63,888 nucleotides of DNA from a virus: the IMG/VR virus record IMGVR_UViG_3300020165_000002; one strand, given 5' to 3'. Positions 20,730 through 30,990 of this stretch are shown here, in pieces. How positions within the stretch are numbered: the stretch's first letter is position 1; each line of letters begins with the position of its first letter. The notes under the pieces are model-generated. The model saw only the letters and a list, made by a program, of their open reading frames with translations. It was not told the origin of the DNA and did no database searches. The translations under genes were made by a program, and so were the position numbers.

Positions 20730-23700
20730 TGATTGTGAAAAAAGATACACCAGTATTAGAAGACCCAAAGCAAACTATTGAAGATAATGCTATGGTTTCA
20801 GAAAACAATGTTCAGGTTAAAGACCCACAGGATCCAAAGGATCCAAAACCTCCTGTAAATAAGGAAAAAGTTTATTCATATTTAGTTTCTTTATACGACA
20901 ATGCTGGTAAGAGATATAATAAAAACAAATTAAAAAACATATCTTCTTCTTCAAATCTAAGATATTGGATTGATTTCGCACACAAGAAAACTGGGCAAAA
21001 AAAACTAGATGACAATGGTTATAAAAAACTAAGTTTATCATGGACTGATGTCAAAGAGGTTGAAAAAAAAAATCAAAACCACACTTTACAGCAATCAATT
21101 CCACAAAATGTAGTTGCGATAACACCTACAGGTACGGGTTCTCCATCCATATTGGAAAGTTCACCTACCACATTGGTGCCTCAAGATCCAAATAACATAA
21201 CTCAAGTACCTCAACCAAAGGTAGACGAATATTATACTGAAAAATTAGACGAAAGAACTAGTATACTTCCGATTCTAAAGCAGCTCCCTAGAGATTTCTT
21301 AAAAATGGGAGAAGCAGATGCTGAGGTTAAGTTTAATGAGATTTTAGGAGATTTCGGGTATTCTGCATCAGAAAGTAATATAGGCTCCAACGCTCTTAAT
21401 ATAACAAGACCAGACGGAACTCAGTTTGAAATAGAACTAATGTCTGGAGTTGGAAATATGATAGGAGAGTTTTTTAAAGGAGAGGAGAAAACTAACCAAA
21501 GAGTTAATACAAAGCACAATAAATTTGTAATGGATTTATCTCTAGGTAAATCAAACCTAGTTGGAGTTATATCTGATTACATAGATGAAAATCGTTTTGG
21601 CGTTAACGATGCTATGGAGCGTTATTCTTTTCAAATGAATCAACCAGAAGAAGAGGATTTGCGTTTTTTATCAAAAGCTCTAACTGGTCAAGAAAACTCC
21701 AACATATTTAAAACTTCTAGAGGTTTTAATTCTGACATATTTATAAATTCAATTAAGCAGTTAAAACGTAATTTAACTCCAGCTTATAATGATATTATAA
21801 AGAAAGAAAAAGATTATAAGGATTCTGTTATATCCTCTACTTTAGCCTCTACTAAAACAGATAATCTTAGGTTACCAGAGAATCCAAACGATTCTTTAAC
21901 AGAAGAAGAACTTGAAAGCAATATAAAGATAAAGTCAACTCTAGGCAGAATAGATGATATCTTAAAAAAATATGAGCAAAGCAAAAGAAACACATCTAAG
22001 ATATTAGGTAAATCTTTAAAAAGAAGTGATAAGTTGGCTCAGATAGATCTTAGTAACGAAAAACAAATAGCTGGCTTAATATCTAGTGGATTAGATATGC
22101 TTGATATGCCTTTACCATCATTATTAATAAACGATAAACAAGCTTCTTTTCAAGACGTATATGATTTAATATCAAGACCAAAAGAGCTTGGTTATATACA
22201 AAGAGGTGAAATAAGAGTTTCTATTGATGACAGCGTAGACGTTGGTGTGTTTAATGATTTAGTAAAAAAACTTAAAGTAACTCAAGAAAGAAATATTGCT
22301 TTTTTAGATGAAGGAAACCCTAGGTTAAATTCATTTTTTAGAGGTGTAGCTGATGTTCCACAAGGCATTTACGCCAATACATTAGATATATTAAATAACT
22401 TTGGTGTAGCATTACAAGATTCACTTGAAATGTTTGGAGTTCCTCCAGAAGTTGCTGAACATGTTATTTTTAATCAAACGGGTGTTTATTTACCTGGAGC
22501 AAAAGGATCTCCAGGAATGAGCATTCCTCGTGCTTCAATGCCTACAAAAAAAGAGGTTGAAGAGGCAATGAAATTACTTCCTGAATACAACGGATCTATA
22601 TCCGATTCAAGAGGTGTTGGAGAGTTTTTATCATACGGTATGCAAGGTTTTACATCTTCTGTTCCTTATATAGCTGCATTTATGGCTAATCCTGGAGTTG
22701 GCTTAGGTGTTACTTTTGGTAGCACTTATGGAGGAAGTATAGAAGAGGTAAGAGAAGCTAGAAAATCTGCAAGAGAAGCTGAGTCAGCTGGAATTGTTTT
22801 AACTGAAAAACAAAAAGATTTATTAGAGATGTCTAGTGCTAAAGCAAGAGGATATGCTCTTCTTAAAGCAGGTGGAGAGACTCTTATAACTGCGGCATTT
22901 ACTGCTAAGTATTTTAAACAGTTGAAACTTGCAAACGGAATGAGAAACGTTCCAAAGACACAGGAATCAGCTCAACAACTTGCTTCTGCATTTGCAGAAC
23001 AAAACAGAAAGGGATTGATAGCAGCTTTTTCTAAATACACAGGGTTAAGCCCTAAGGTTATTGCAAACGAAGTTCCAGAAGAGCAATTTATTGCTTACAC
23101 AGGATATCTTACAGACGTTGCTTTTGGTTTAAAAGAATATAGCAATGAAACCGCAAAAAAACTTGCTGCAGATGCTGGATTAAACTCTTTGTTTAGTTCT
23201 TCTGGTATGAGTATGGCTAGTAAAGCTATGTCTAAAAACGTTAACAATATAGCTGATGATGTTATAAACAGAAAAATAACTCTTGACGGAGAAATAAGTG
23301 CTGTTCAAAATAAACTTAAGTCAGATATGATTGTGAGCCAACTTGAAGACAGCGGGGAACTTCCTAGCAGCCCTAAGTTTAAAGTTGCATTAGATATGCA
23401 AAGACAAGCAGATGACGCTATTTTGTTGTTTGAAAAAAGAAAACAAGAGCTTGTTGGTCAAATGACGCCCTCTCATAAAGCAACTTTTTTACAAGGTATT
23501 GCTGACTTAGAAGCTTTGCAAGGACAAATAAACGACTCCGAAACAACACCAGAAGTTATTAATTCAGCTCAGGATCAAATAGAAACCATGAAGTTTAAAA
23601 TGAGAAGAATTTTAGCTTCATACCCTAGTGAGTTAAGTTACTATTTTTTACCTAAAGACCAACAATCAGCTTTAACTGAAAAAGCTCTTGAGCAATTATC

Positions 23701-26700
23701 AAAAGAAAAAGAAGGTGAAACCTTTAGTCTTACAAGTGAAGATTCTGAAGTGACTCAAAGGGCAGCTGAGATATACAAAAAAGAAGTTTTGGAGAACATG
23801 CGTGATTCATCTGAACGTATTGATGTTGTTGGTTACTTTAACGATCATATTTCTTATGATGATTTAGAAATTGATGTAGATGAAAATTATGATCCTACTG
23901 ATTTTAACTTAGCTCAAGAAATAATTTTATTAAACAAACCTGATGCTGTAGAAACTTTATTAGGCGAAGATGTAGCAAACGAAACAAAAAAGGAGACAGA
24001 AAAACAAGAAAAGAAAAGTGATGAACAGATATTTCAAGAAAAACAAGACTCAAAAAGACAAGAAGAGTCTATTTATAGAATAAAACAATTAAATCTATCT
24101 CAAAACTTTTACGAAGGGTTAGATGCTAATGGTAAAAAGATAATTCAAAAATTCTTTACAGACATTAAAAACGGATTCAGGCCTAAGTTTGCAAGAGTGG
24201 AAACTCTTTTAGACGCTCAAGAAACAATTAATGATTTAAAAGTTCTTAATACTGAAAAAATAGATATTCTTGAAAACCCAAAGCTACTTAGTAAGAAAAA
24301 CATAAATCCTTTTAGCCTTGTTCAAGACATATTTCCTTATGTAAACAATTTTGGAAGAAAAATGATGATGGGTAGAACGAAAGTAATGCCTAAAAACTTA
24401 ATGACTTCAGATATATTTTTGGGTGCTATTTTTAAAGACACTTCTAAAGGAAAGCCGTTTATTGATTTAGTCTCTGCTGCAAATAGAAATGTAGCAAGCG
24501 CAATGAACACTTCTGCAGAGTTTGTAAATCAAGACGCTTCTCTATTTAAAAACGAAATTAAAGCGTATAACAAAGCTAATCCTAAAAATAAAATTTCTAC
24601 TGATTTAAGAAATTTAGAACTTTCTTATGAGATGCAGGTTTTAGCTCATTTAAGAAGAAAATCTGGTGAAATAGATGAGTCTACAGGATTAGATACAGAA
24701 TTTCAAAGACAAAAAAATAGTTTGTTTAAAGAGTTAGAGCTTAGAAAACAAGAATACGAAGATGACCCTGATAATATAACTGAGGCAAAATACAAGCAAT
24801 TAAAAGCTACACTAGAAAGTTTAGGTTTGGATAGCGCTTTGTCTTATGAAGATGTGTCTAGGAACGCTAAACAACCTATAGTGGATGCTCTTAACAGACT
24901 TTCAGAAAGATTTCCTCACCAGGAAGCTAGACAAAGAAAAAAAGACTATGAAGGAAAAGATACTTTTTTTGTAGACGGAACTTATGTGCCTAGTTTTAGA
25001 ACAGCTGATAACGGTCAAGAGTCAAGTGACGCTAATAGAATTAAAAACAAAAAAGGAAGTGATTTTGGAACTTTTGCAGGGGTTCTTCAAGATGTTACAG
25101 AAGATGATACACTAGAAAATTCTAGATTATCTTTTGGTAATTATTTTGAAAGAGCTTATCAGCAAATGCAAGGTTCTTTTATTGACATGAATTCTAGAAA
25201 AGATTTTGAGACCATAGATATGATTGTGAATTCTGATGGCTTTAAAGATTTATTTGCAAAGGAAGGTAAAGATTATAAGAGTGTACAAAAGTATTTTGGA
25301 TCTAGAATGGAGATTTTTAATTACATGATTTCTCAAGGTCAAAATGTACAAATGGATTTTGGTAGTCCAGACTTTACAGCCACTTTAGGAAAAGTAGGGC
25401 AAGCTTTTTATTCTACTTTATCTGCAATAGGTCTTTCAAGATTTAATCAACCAGCTTCACAGTTTTACAGTGCAACTACTGGTACTATGCCTATGTTAAA
25501 TGATGCAAGAGCTAGAAATCATTTACAATTAGCTAACGCAAGGTTTTTGTCTGCTATGGCAGGTGTTGGAAATGGCCAAAAAACAGCTAAATATGCTCAA
25601 TGGGCAAACAACCTTATAAAAGGAGGTCAACTTTCTAATATTTACAGTCAATCAAGAACTGGATTGCGTAATGCTTTAAAAGCTGAATTTGCTATAGGAG
25701 AAAACACAAAGCTTCCGCTTGATTATTATGTTAGTAAATTTAATATGGATAGTGACCTTTTTTCTGATGAAATGAGAGGTCTTCAATATACAGTAGACGG
25801 TGTTTTAGATGCGATAACTAAAAGCTCAGAGCTTTCTCTTGAGTTTTTCTTAGCCAATGCGGATAGGGCTGCAGCAAATTCTGCTTTTGAATCTCATTAT
25901 TTGCAAAACAGAATAGATCAAGGCGCTATTATTCCTAAAGACATATCAGCGTGGTGGAAGAAAGAAAACGAAAACCCAGATACGGAAGCTATTGAATATG
26001 CAGATAGGAGAATAGCTGAAACTATGAGGCAAACAGAACCAACTTCTGAGGCTGAATTTTATGCCATAAACGCTAAAACAGGAACTAAAATAGCTCAAAG
26101 AACAGTATTTCCTTGGGGTAAATTTATGTTAAATGCTAAAGCAAATTTTGCCAATCAATACGCTAGATCTCAAGACAAGAGTCTACCAGAGTTGCAAAGA
26201 CAAGAAGCTAACAAAAGAATGAGGGGTATATTAAATGAAGTTGCTGTATTTAACGGAATAAAACTATCCACAGGAAGGGTTACAACTATAGGTTTTGTTG
26301 GAGCTGCAATGATGCAGTTTGGAGCAGATGAAGATGATATAGATAGATATGGTGGAATGACAAAACTTATTGGAGACGCTTTATTGCCAATAGAAGATCG
26401 TGACTACGAGGAGCAATTATCTAAAATGCCTAGAGGACAAAGAGAAACCTTAGAGGGTTTTAAAGCTTCTTTTAATGAAACAGCAACTGGTATAGACTAC
26501 ACTCTTTTAGAGTTGTATAAAACAACTATGGAATATGAGAATAAATATAAATTATCTCCAAACTATAGTGTTTTATTGCAAATGGCAACAGATATGTTTA
26601 AAACAACCTTACCTTATGCTGTTCCAGATCCATTGTATGATTTAGGATTTTCTGTAATGAACGAGTTATTAGGAGAAGAGGTTATTCCAGAGTACATATC

Positions 26701-27250
26701 TACAGATTTAGATAAAATGGGGACAAGTACTGATGAAATAGCATTACTTTTAAAGGAAAATTTAGGTATGTATAGTGTTGGTTTTGAGCAGTATGATAAA
26801 TTCACAAAAGCCTATACTTTGTACACAGAACGTGTATTTAAAAAACCAGGTAGTGGAGTTTCAAGCACAGGGATAATAGAATATCTTGCGGCAGATACTC
26901 CTGCTATGCAAGAAAAATTAGACAATATGGTTGATTACCTTTTATATGCGAGGACTGCGAACTTACTTCTTCCTGTACCAAAAGGAGATATAAATAACCT
27001 TCTTAATAAATTAGAAAGACAAATAGAGGAGAATTTTACAAGATCTTCGCCTTCAATAAAAGGTGTTAATAACGCCTTCTTTAAAGCTTATTTAGACTAC
27101 AGGACAAAAGAACAAAATCTACCTGTTGATATGAATAATATAGGTGAATGGTGGGAAGAAGAACAGAAAGATATGGATCGTTCTGCAAAAATACACGCTT
27201 TAGATGTAGTAGAGAATATAAGGAAAAACGCAGCTACGCCTAAAGATTAA
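20729..27250 (+). CDS. giant internal/ejection-type virion protein (T7 gp16-like position); function unknown
   Basis: 2173 aa. Start overlaps the preceding stop (TAATG). Hydrophobic G/A-rich segments occur near residue 650. No catalytic motif recognised by eye. Confidence 0.4.
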   Translation: MIVKKDTPVLEDPKQTIEDNAMVSENNVQVKDPQDPKDPKPPVNKEKVYSYLVSLYDNAGKRYNKNKLKNISSSSNLRYWIDFAHKKTGQKKLDDNGYKKLSLSWTDVKEVEKKNQNHTLQQSIPQNVVAITPTGTGSPSILESSPTTLVPQDPNNITQVPQPKVDEYYTEKLDERTSILPILKQLPRDFLKMGEADAEVKFNEILGDFGYSASESNIGSNALNITRPDGTQFEIELMSGVGNMIGEFFKGEEKTNQRVNTKHNKFVMDLSLGKSNLVGVISDYIDENRFGVNDAMERYSFQMNQPEEEDLRFLSKALTGQENSNIFKTSRGFNSDIFINSIKQLKRNLTPAYNDIIKKEKDYKDSVISSTLASTKTDNLRLPENPNDSLTEEELESNIKIKSTLGRIDDILKKYEQSKRNTSKILGKSLKRSDKLAQIDLSNEKQIAGLISSGLDMLDMPLPSLLINDKQASFQDVYDLISRPKELGYIQRGEIRVSIDDSVDVGVFNDLVKKLKVTQERNIAFLDEGNPRLNSFFRGVADVPQGIYANTLDILNNFGVALQDSLEMFGVPPEVAEHVIFNQTGVYLPGAKGSPGMSIPRASMPTKKEVEEAMKLLPEYNGSISDSRGVGEFLSYGMQGFTSSVPYIAAFMANPGVGLGVTFGSTYGGSIEEVREARKSAREAESAGIVLTEKQKDLLEMSSAKARGYALLKAGGETLITAAFTAKYFKQLKLANGMRNVPKTQESAQQLASAFAEQNRKGLIAAFSKYTGLSPKVIANEVPEEQFIAYTGYLTDVAFGLKEYSNETAKKLAADAGLNSLFSSSGMSMASKAMSKNVNNIADDVINRKITLDGEISAVQNKLKSDMIVSQLEDSGELPSSPKFKVALDMQRQADDAILLFEKRKQELVGQMTPSHKATFLQGIADLEALQGQINDSETTPEVINSAQDQIETMKFKMRRILASYPSELSYYFLPKDQQSALTEKALEQLSKEKEGETFSLTSEDSEVTQRAAEIYKKEVLENMRDSSERIDVVGYFNDHISYDDLEIDVDENYDPTDFNLAQEIILLNKPDAVETLLGEDVANETKKETEKQEKKSDEQIFQEKQDSKRQEESIYRIKQLNLSQNFYEGLDANGKKIIQKFFTDIKNGFRPKFARVETLLDAQETINDLKVLNTEKIDILENPKLLSKKNINPFSLVQDIFPYVNNFGRKMMMGRTKVMPKNLMTSDIFLGAIFKDTSKGKPFIDLVSAANRNVASAMNTSAEFVNQDASLFKNEIKAYNKANPKNKISTDLRNLELSYEMQVLAHLRRKSGEIDESTGLDTEFQRQKNSLFKELELRKQEYEDDPDNITEAKYKQLKATLESLGLDSALSYEDVSRNAKQPIVDALNRLSERFPHQEARQRKKDYEGKDTFFVDGTYVPSFRTADNGQESSDANRIKNKKGSDFGTFAGVLQDVTEDDTLENSRLSFGNYFERAYQQMQGSFIDMNSRKDFETIDMIVNSDGFKDLFAKEGKDYKSVQKYFGSRMEIFNYMISQGQNVQMDFGSPDFTATLGKVGQAFYSTLSAIGLSRFNQPASQFYSATTGTMPMLNDARARNHLQLANARFLSAMAGVGNGQKTAKYAQWANNLIKGGQLSNIYSQSRTGLRNALKAEFAIGENTKLPLDYYVSKFNMDSDLFSDEMRGLQYTVDGVLDAITKSSELSLEFFLANADRAAANSAFESHYLQNRIDQGAIIPKDISAWWKKENENPDTEAIEYADRRIAETMRQTEPTSEAEFYAINAKTGTKIAQRTVFPWGKFMLNAKANFANQYARSQDKSLPELQRQEANKRMRGILNEVAVFNGIKLSTGRVTTIGFVGAAMMQFGADEDDIDRYGGMTKLIGDALLPIEDRDYEEQLSKMPRGQRETLEGFKASFNETATGIDYTLLELYKTTMEYENKYKLSPNYSVLLQMATDMFKTTLPYAVPDPLYDLGFSVMNELLGEEVIPEYISTDLDKMGTSTDEIALLLKENLGMYSVGFEQYDKFTKAYTLYTERVFKKPGSGVSSTGIIEYLAADTPAMQEKLDNMVDYLLYARTANLLLPVPKGDINNLLNKLERQIEENFTRSSPSIKGVNNAFFKAYLDYRTKEQNLPVDMNNIGEWWEEEQKDMDRSAKIHALDVVENIRKNAATPKD

Positions 27251-27699
27251 TAATATTTTTCTTTTATAATATTTATTACCTCTTGACAATCTTTCTGGTT
27301 TCTGGGTACAAATAAATCTGGAGACCAGCCTTTTAAGTTGAGGTGTCTTTTAAATAATTTCCAAACCATAGGAAATCTCTCATTTGGGTTTCCTTTACAC
27401 TCTATAATATATCTTGGAGGTACTTGAGTATCAACAAAATCAGGAGTATATCTTATGGGTAATATTTTTTTATAACCTTTATCGTGTAGAAATTTCTTTT
27501 TAGGTGTTTTTTCGTAAGAAGAATGTTCGCTCAGAAATCCGTCAATGATTGTGAATTGATGTGTTTCGTATCCGTTACTTATTTCATTTGCCTTTAATAA
27601 TAAATACATGTGAGACTCTAGTCTTGATTGAAATTGTATTCCGTCAATAACTGTTTTAGTTGCTCTAGTTATTTGCTTATTCTTTTTATATCTCTTCAT
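27247..27699 (-). CDS. PD-(D/E)XK-type endonuclease (DUF1064/resolvase-like)
   Basis: 150 aa. 'GIQFQSRLE..YLLL', 'YTPDF' and 'IIECKG' match the small phage nuclease pattern. Last gene of the - strand arc, convergent with the 2173-aa ORF. Confidence 0.5.
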   Translation of the reverse strand: MKRYKKNKQITRATKTVIDGIQFQSRLESHMYLLLKANEISNGYETHQFTIIDGFLSEHSSYEKTPKKKFLHDKGYKKILPIRYTPDFVDTQVPPRYIIECKGNPNERFPMVWKLFKRHLNLKGWSPDLFVPRNQKDCQEVINIIKEKYY

Positions 27700-28138
27700 C
27701 TACGTCCTCTAAATACATGTAATCATGTTGGTCCATATTATCCATTATATTAACTGCTTCTGGAGCGCTTTCTGCATAAACAGCTTTTTCTGAATATTTT
27801 TTTTCTATACCATTATCTGAAATAACAGGAATAAACTTTTTTAAATTGTTTAATCCCATCCAGTAAAGAGTTTCTTTTAGTTTGTTGTTTATTTCATATC
27901 TTCTTTTTAAATACTCCATTGACATTTTATTGTCAATATAATATTCTTTAGAAACCAAATAAACGTACTCATCTTTAGCACTCACAACTTGAACTCCATC
28001 TTCCTTATCTACAGTAACGTATACAAAAGAATCTTTTAAGTGCTCAATTAAATCCACTTTCTTTAAAGCTTCTCTTGCATAATCAAGGTCTTCGTCACTT
28101 AATTCCTTATTTACAAAAAGTTTCTTCTTATAGTCCAT
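27686..28138 (-). CDS. hypothetical protein (start trimmed to MDYKKK)
   Basis: The track ORF extends to 28225, but that extension contains a strong terminator hairpin. The internal ATG at 28138 follows the hairpin. Confidence 0.55.
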   Translation of the reverse strand: MDYKKKLFVNKELSDEDLDYAREALKKVDLIEHLKDSFVYVTVDKEDGVQVVSAKDEYVYLVSKEYYIDNKMSMEYLKRRYEINNKLKETLYWMGLNNLKKFIPVISDNGIEKKYSEKAVYAESAPEAVNIMDNMDQHDYMYLEDVDEEI

Positions 28139-28149
28139 AAACAAATTTA

Positions 28150-28193
28150 ATAAAAAAAACCCTAGACTATTTCTTGGCCGAAGTCTAGGGTTT
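28150..28193 (-). terminator. Rho-independent terminator (- strand)
   Basis: 12-bp stem AAACCCTAGACT/AGTCTAGGGTTT followed by T8 on the - strand. Confidence 0.75.
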
Positions 28194-28240
28194 GTTATGA
28201 AAACAGATTGGGTAATCTTTAACATTATAAAGATACTTAA

Positions 28241-28417
28241 TTATTCTCTTTGTGTACCATCTTCCCCAAAATCATAGTTAATAGTTACTAACAATAAATG
28301 AAGCTTTAAAGACCAGTATTGTTCATGTTCATTAGGCTCCCAAACCTCAAACCCTAAGACAACCCCTTCGTGAGGCCATCTGAAACTTAACGACAATAAA
28401 TACCAACCTTCTTCCAT
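28241..28417 (-). CDS. hypothetical small protein (58 aa, below the track cutoff)
   Basis: ATG at 28417 lies 2 nt after the stop of the upstream gene. Open to the TAA at 28241-28243. Confidence 0.45.
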   Translation of the reverse strand: MEEGWYLLSLSFRWPHEGVVLGFEVWEPNEHEQYWSLKLHLLLVTINYDFGEDGTQRE

Positions 28418-28418
28418 T

Positions 28419-29519
28419 TTAAAATATATGTGTTAATCTAGCTACTTGACCAAATTCTGGGTGATGTAAAAACCCTTCAATTGCTTTTGGAGCATGCTGA
28501 TATCCATTTCTATGATGCCAACTATCTGTTCCAGACGGACTTCTTAAACTTTCTACTGTTACACCTGCGTAATCTTTTGCGTTTTTATGATGAACATGAT
28601 GTGTATAAACGTACCTATGTTGTGATTGTGACCACTCATCTTTAGCTTCTACAGCCATAAGTAAAGGTAAATCATTGTTCTTTGCACCATCTCCGTGAGT
28701 CGTTCCTATTAGGTTAGACCCATATTTAAAATATTTTCTATGACTTATACTAGAATCAAAAGTTACGTTTTTAGATTTCCTAAACCAAGTTGTAATAACG
28801 TCAGCTAAAAAGAATCCGTTAGTGTAATCATGATTACTAGGATTGTATGTTACATGAACATCTGCTATAGACATAAGTGTTTCTATAACCTCAACATAAA
28901 TAGCTTTTGCTTTTAAAAAACTTTCGTACCACATCCCATCAGTATCTTGAGGTGTTCCAGAGGTAGTTTGTCTTTTAGGAGTGTCTATGTGTAATATATC
29001 GTTACCTATTATTAACAAGAATTTATCTACTTCAAAACCAGCAGACTTATTTAATATTCCTTGAACACCATCCCTAACTCTTTGTATAGCTATTTCAGAA
29101 TTATAATCTTCACCAGTCTCGAAAGACGTGGACAACTTCCCAATATGTACATCAGCTGGATCTATAACTAATAAGTGAGGGTCTTTTTTGTTTTTTCTTT
29201 TTACTGAAGGATACTTTGGAGAGTAAATCTTCATCTCCTCGATTATCTGCCTAGATATATCGTTGTATGAAACTATAGTAGGTCTTACTTGTACTGAATA
29301 CTCTTTTGTTTTGTCCCAGTACTGACTAACACTATTGAAATCAATACCTCTTTCTTTACAGTAATCAGCAACACCTTGATGTCTTACTTGATTTAGTTTT
29401 TGTTGAGACTCAATATCTATATAGGCTCTAAAAGTTTTTCTACCTTGCTCTGTTTCTTTTACTTCTAAGCCTAAAGCTATCGCTTCTTCTTTGTTTAGTC
29501 TAACTCTTTTTTTACTCAT
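28419..29519 (-). CDS. calcineurin-like metallophosphoesterase
   Basis: 366 aa with 'DPADVHIGK', 'GNDILHID', 'NPSNHDY', 'GTTHGDG' and 'THHVHH', the five phosphoesterase motifs in the usual order. Confidence 0.7.
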   Translation of the reverse strand: MSKKRVRLNKEEAIALGLEVKETEQGRKTFRAYIDIESQQKLNQVRHQGVADYCKERGIDFNSVSQYWDKTKEYSVQVRPTIVSYNDISRQIIEEMKIYSPKYPSVKRKNKKDPHLLVIDPADVHIGKLSTSFETGEDYNSEIAIQRVRDGVQGILNKSAGFEVDKFLLIIGNDILHIDTPKRQTTSGTPQDTDGMWYESFLKAKAIYVEVIETLMSIADVHVTYNPSNHDYTNGFFLADVITTWFRKSKNVTFDSSISHRKYFKYGSNLIGTTHGDGAKNNDLPLLMAVEAKDEWSQSQHRYVYTHHVHHKNAKDYAGVTVESLRSPSGTDSWHHRNGYQHAPKAIEGFLHHPEFGQVARLTHIF

Positions 29520-29686
29520 GGATCCATGGATTTTTTAAGTTGTCTTAAGTCGTAAATTAAAGAATTCACCGTGTTTTTAGACTCTTCAAAATCTCCATCA
29601 TGAACATGTTCATAAGCGTCGTTTAACTTCTCGTGCATACGATTAAAAACATTGTTTAAATATACTTGACGAGAAGCAGATGCCAT
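29516..29686 (-). CDS. hypothetical small protein (56 aa, below the track cutoff)
   Basis: Start overlaps the upstream stop (TAATG) and stop overlaps the downstream start (ATGA), suggesting translational coupling. Confidence 0.45.
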   Translation of the reverse strand: MASASRQVYLNNVFNRMHEKLNDAYEHVHDGDFEESKNTVNSLIYDLRQLKKSMDP

Positions 29687-29922
29687 TATTCTTTGTCTAA
29701 ATGATACAAAAATCTATCTCCTTCCGTTTTATTTATAGTTTTGATTGCTCTATAAATGGCTCTTGATTTTCTTTTTGTTTCCGTTCTTTCTTTTTTAGTA
29801 GACTCTAAACCTAGATTAGTATACAGACCACAGTCGTATTCAAGTAAAGTGTCTATTTTTCTTTTTTCAGACCACGTCTTGTAGCCTAATATTTTATCAA
29901 TAAATTTAGTTAATTCTTCCAT
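29686..29922 (-). CDS. hypothetical protein (78 aa)
   Basis: Tightly packed, co-oriented ORF. Confidence 0.55.
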   Translation of the reverse strand: MEELTKFIDKILGYKTWSEKRKIDTLLEYDCGLYTNLGLESTKKERTETKRKSRAIYRAIKTINKTEGDRFLYHLDKE

Positions 29923-30468
29923 TTAAAGGTATTGTTTTAGATTAGGTCTAAAGTATTCAGATCCTTTCATAATTTTACCATCATTTCTTCTTAAAACTTT
30001 TCCATTCTCTAATTTACTCATATTAGATTTATGAACCTCTTCAAACATGTCAAAGATAACATCAGATAAACCATGAGACAGTATAATTCCATATAATATA
30101 TACATCATATCTACAACAGCATCTGCAATCTCTACAACATCCTCAGACTTACAAGCGTCTTTATATTCATCAAGCTCTTCCAACATTAATTGATACTTTA
30201 GCTTGTGATCTTCTTCGCTAATTAATGAAGGAGTTTTTAAAGTAGATATATTAAACACCTTGTTAAATTTTCTAACCATTTCAAGTTTTGAATCTTTAAC
30301 AGATAATTCTTTTTCTATATACAATGTTGCATCCATTAACTCTTCTTGAAGATGTTGTAAAAAATTATCAGTCACATTGTTATCAAGTGTCGTTTTATAT
30401 TTTTCAATACCACGGATACTTCTGTCTGTATATTTGTTTTTTACACTTTCTACTATTGAATCGAACAT
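29923..30468 (-). CDS. MazG-like nucleoside triphosphate pyrophosphohydrolase
   Basis: 181 aa. 'LEELDEYKDA..VVEIADAVVDMMYILYG' matches the EExxE..E..D all-alpha NTP-PPase pattern. Confidence 0.55.
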   Translation of the reverse strand: MFDSIVESVKNKYTDRSIRGIEKYKTTLDNNVTDNFLQHLQEELMDATLYIEKELSVKDSKLEMVRKFNKVFNISTLKTPSLISEEDHKLKYQLMLEELDEYKDACKSEDVVEIADAVVDMMYILYGIILSHGLSDVIFDMFEEVHKSNMSKLENGKVLRRNDGKIMKGSEYFRPNLKQYL

Positions 30469-30506
30469 TTTAATGAGTTAATTTTTGGTAATTTAATTTA
30501 TTTTTC

Positions 30507-30806
30507 TTAAAAAGCCAAAGTTTTGTTAAACTTTCTTCGTATTTTCTTAATATTTGAGTACTTTCTGGTGTTTTCTTGTGCTAAATGAACGATTTCGTGT
30601 ATTATTCCGTCGTCAGACAAACAATCATCAGAGCTTATTTCTTTTATCCAACACACATAAACGGCATAATGAAGTATGTCTATGATGTTTTTCACAAACT
30701 CTTCATCAGAGTAATCTTTATATTTTATGTAAGATGTTTTTAAAATATCTTCGTTATAAATATATTTCCTATTCCCGATCTTGTATTCTTTTTGCAATTG
30801 TTTCAT
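30507..30806 (-). CDS. hypothetical protein with an HExxH motif (99 aa)
   Basis: 'IIHEIVHLAQ'. Too small to assign a protease family. Confidence 0.45.
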   Translation of the reverse strand: MKQLQKEYKIGNRKYIYNEDILKTSYIKYKDYSDEEFVKNIIDILHYAVYVCWIKEISSDDCLSDDGIIHEIVHLAQENTRKYSNIKKIRRKFNKTLAF

Positions 30807-30990
30807 ATAGTTCTATTATTTTAGCTTGTAGCTGTTTTTGTTCAGTTCTCCAGTTGTATTTCTCTTTTCCTTTTTTCTTTCTGCCTGCATAATCCACCTC
30901 AACTTTTAAGTGGTATTTATCATAAATAACAGGATAAACTTTTATATCGTTTTTTATGCAAACAGAAACTACTTTACTAATATCCTTCAT
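30769..30990 (-). CDS. hypothetical protein (73 aa)
   Basis: Co-oriented ORF overlapping both neighbours by a few codons. Confidence 0.5.
   Translation of the reverse strand: MKDISKVVSVCIKNDIKVYPVIYDKYHLKVEVDYAGRKKKGKEKYNWRTEQKQLQAKIIELYETIAKRIQDRE

Noticed and set aside
20729-27250. The idea that the 2173-aa virion protein is a packaged RNA polymerase, as in N4-like or crAss-like phages
   Set aside because: Size and position are suggestive, but I could find no DxDGD/NADFDGD-type or T7-like polymerase motifs by eye. It is kept only as something to test by profile or structure search.
28139-28225. N-terminal extension of ORF 27686..28225
   Set aside because: It contains a 12-bp-stem terminator followed by T8 on the coding strand. 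The ATG at 28138 follows it.
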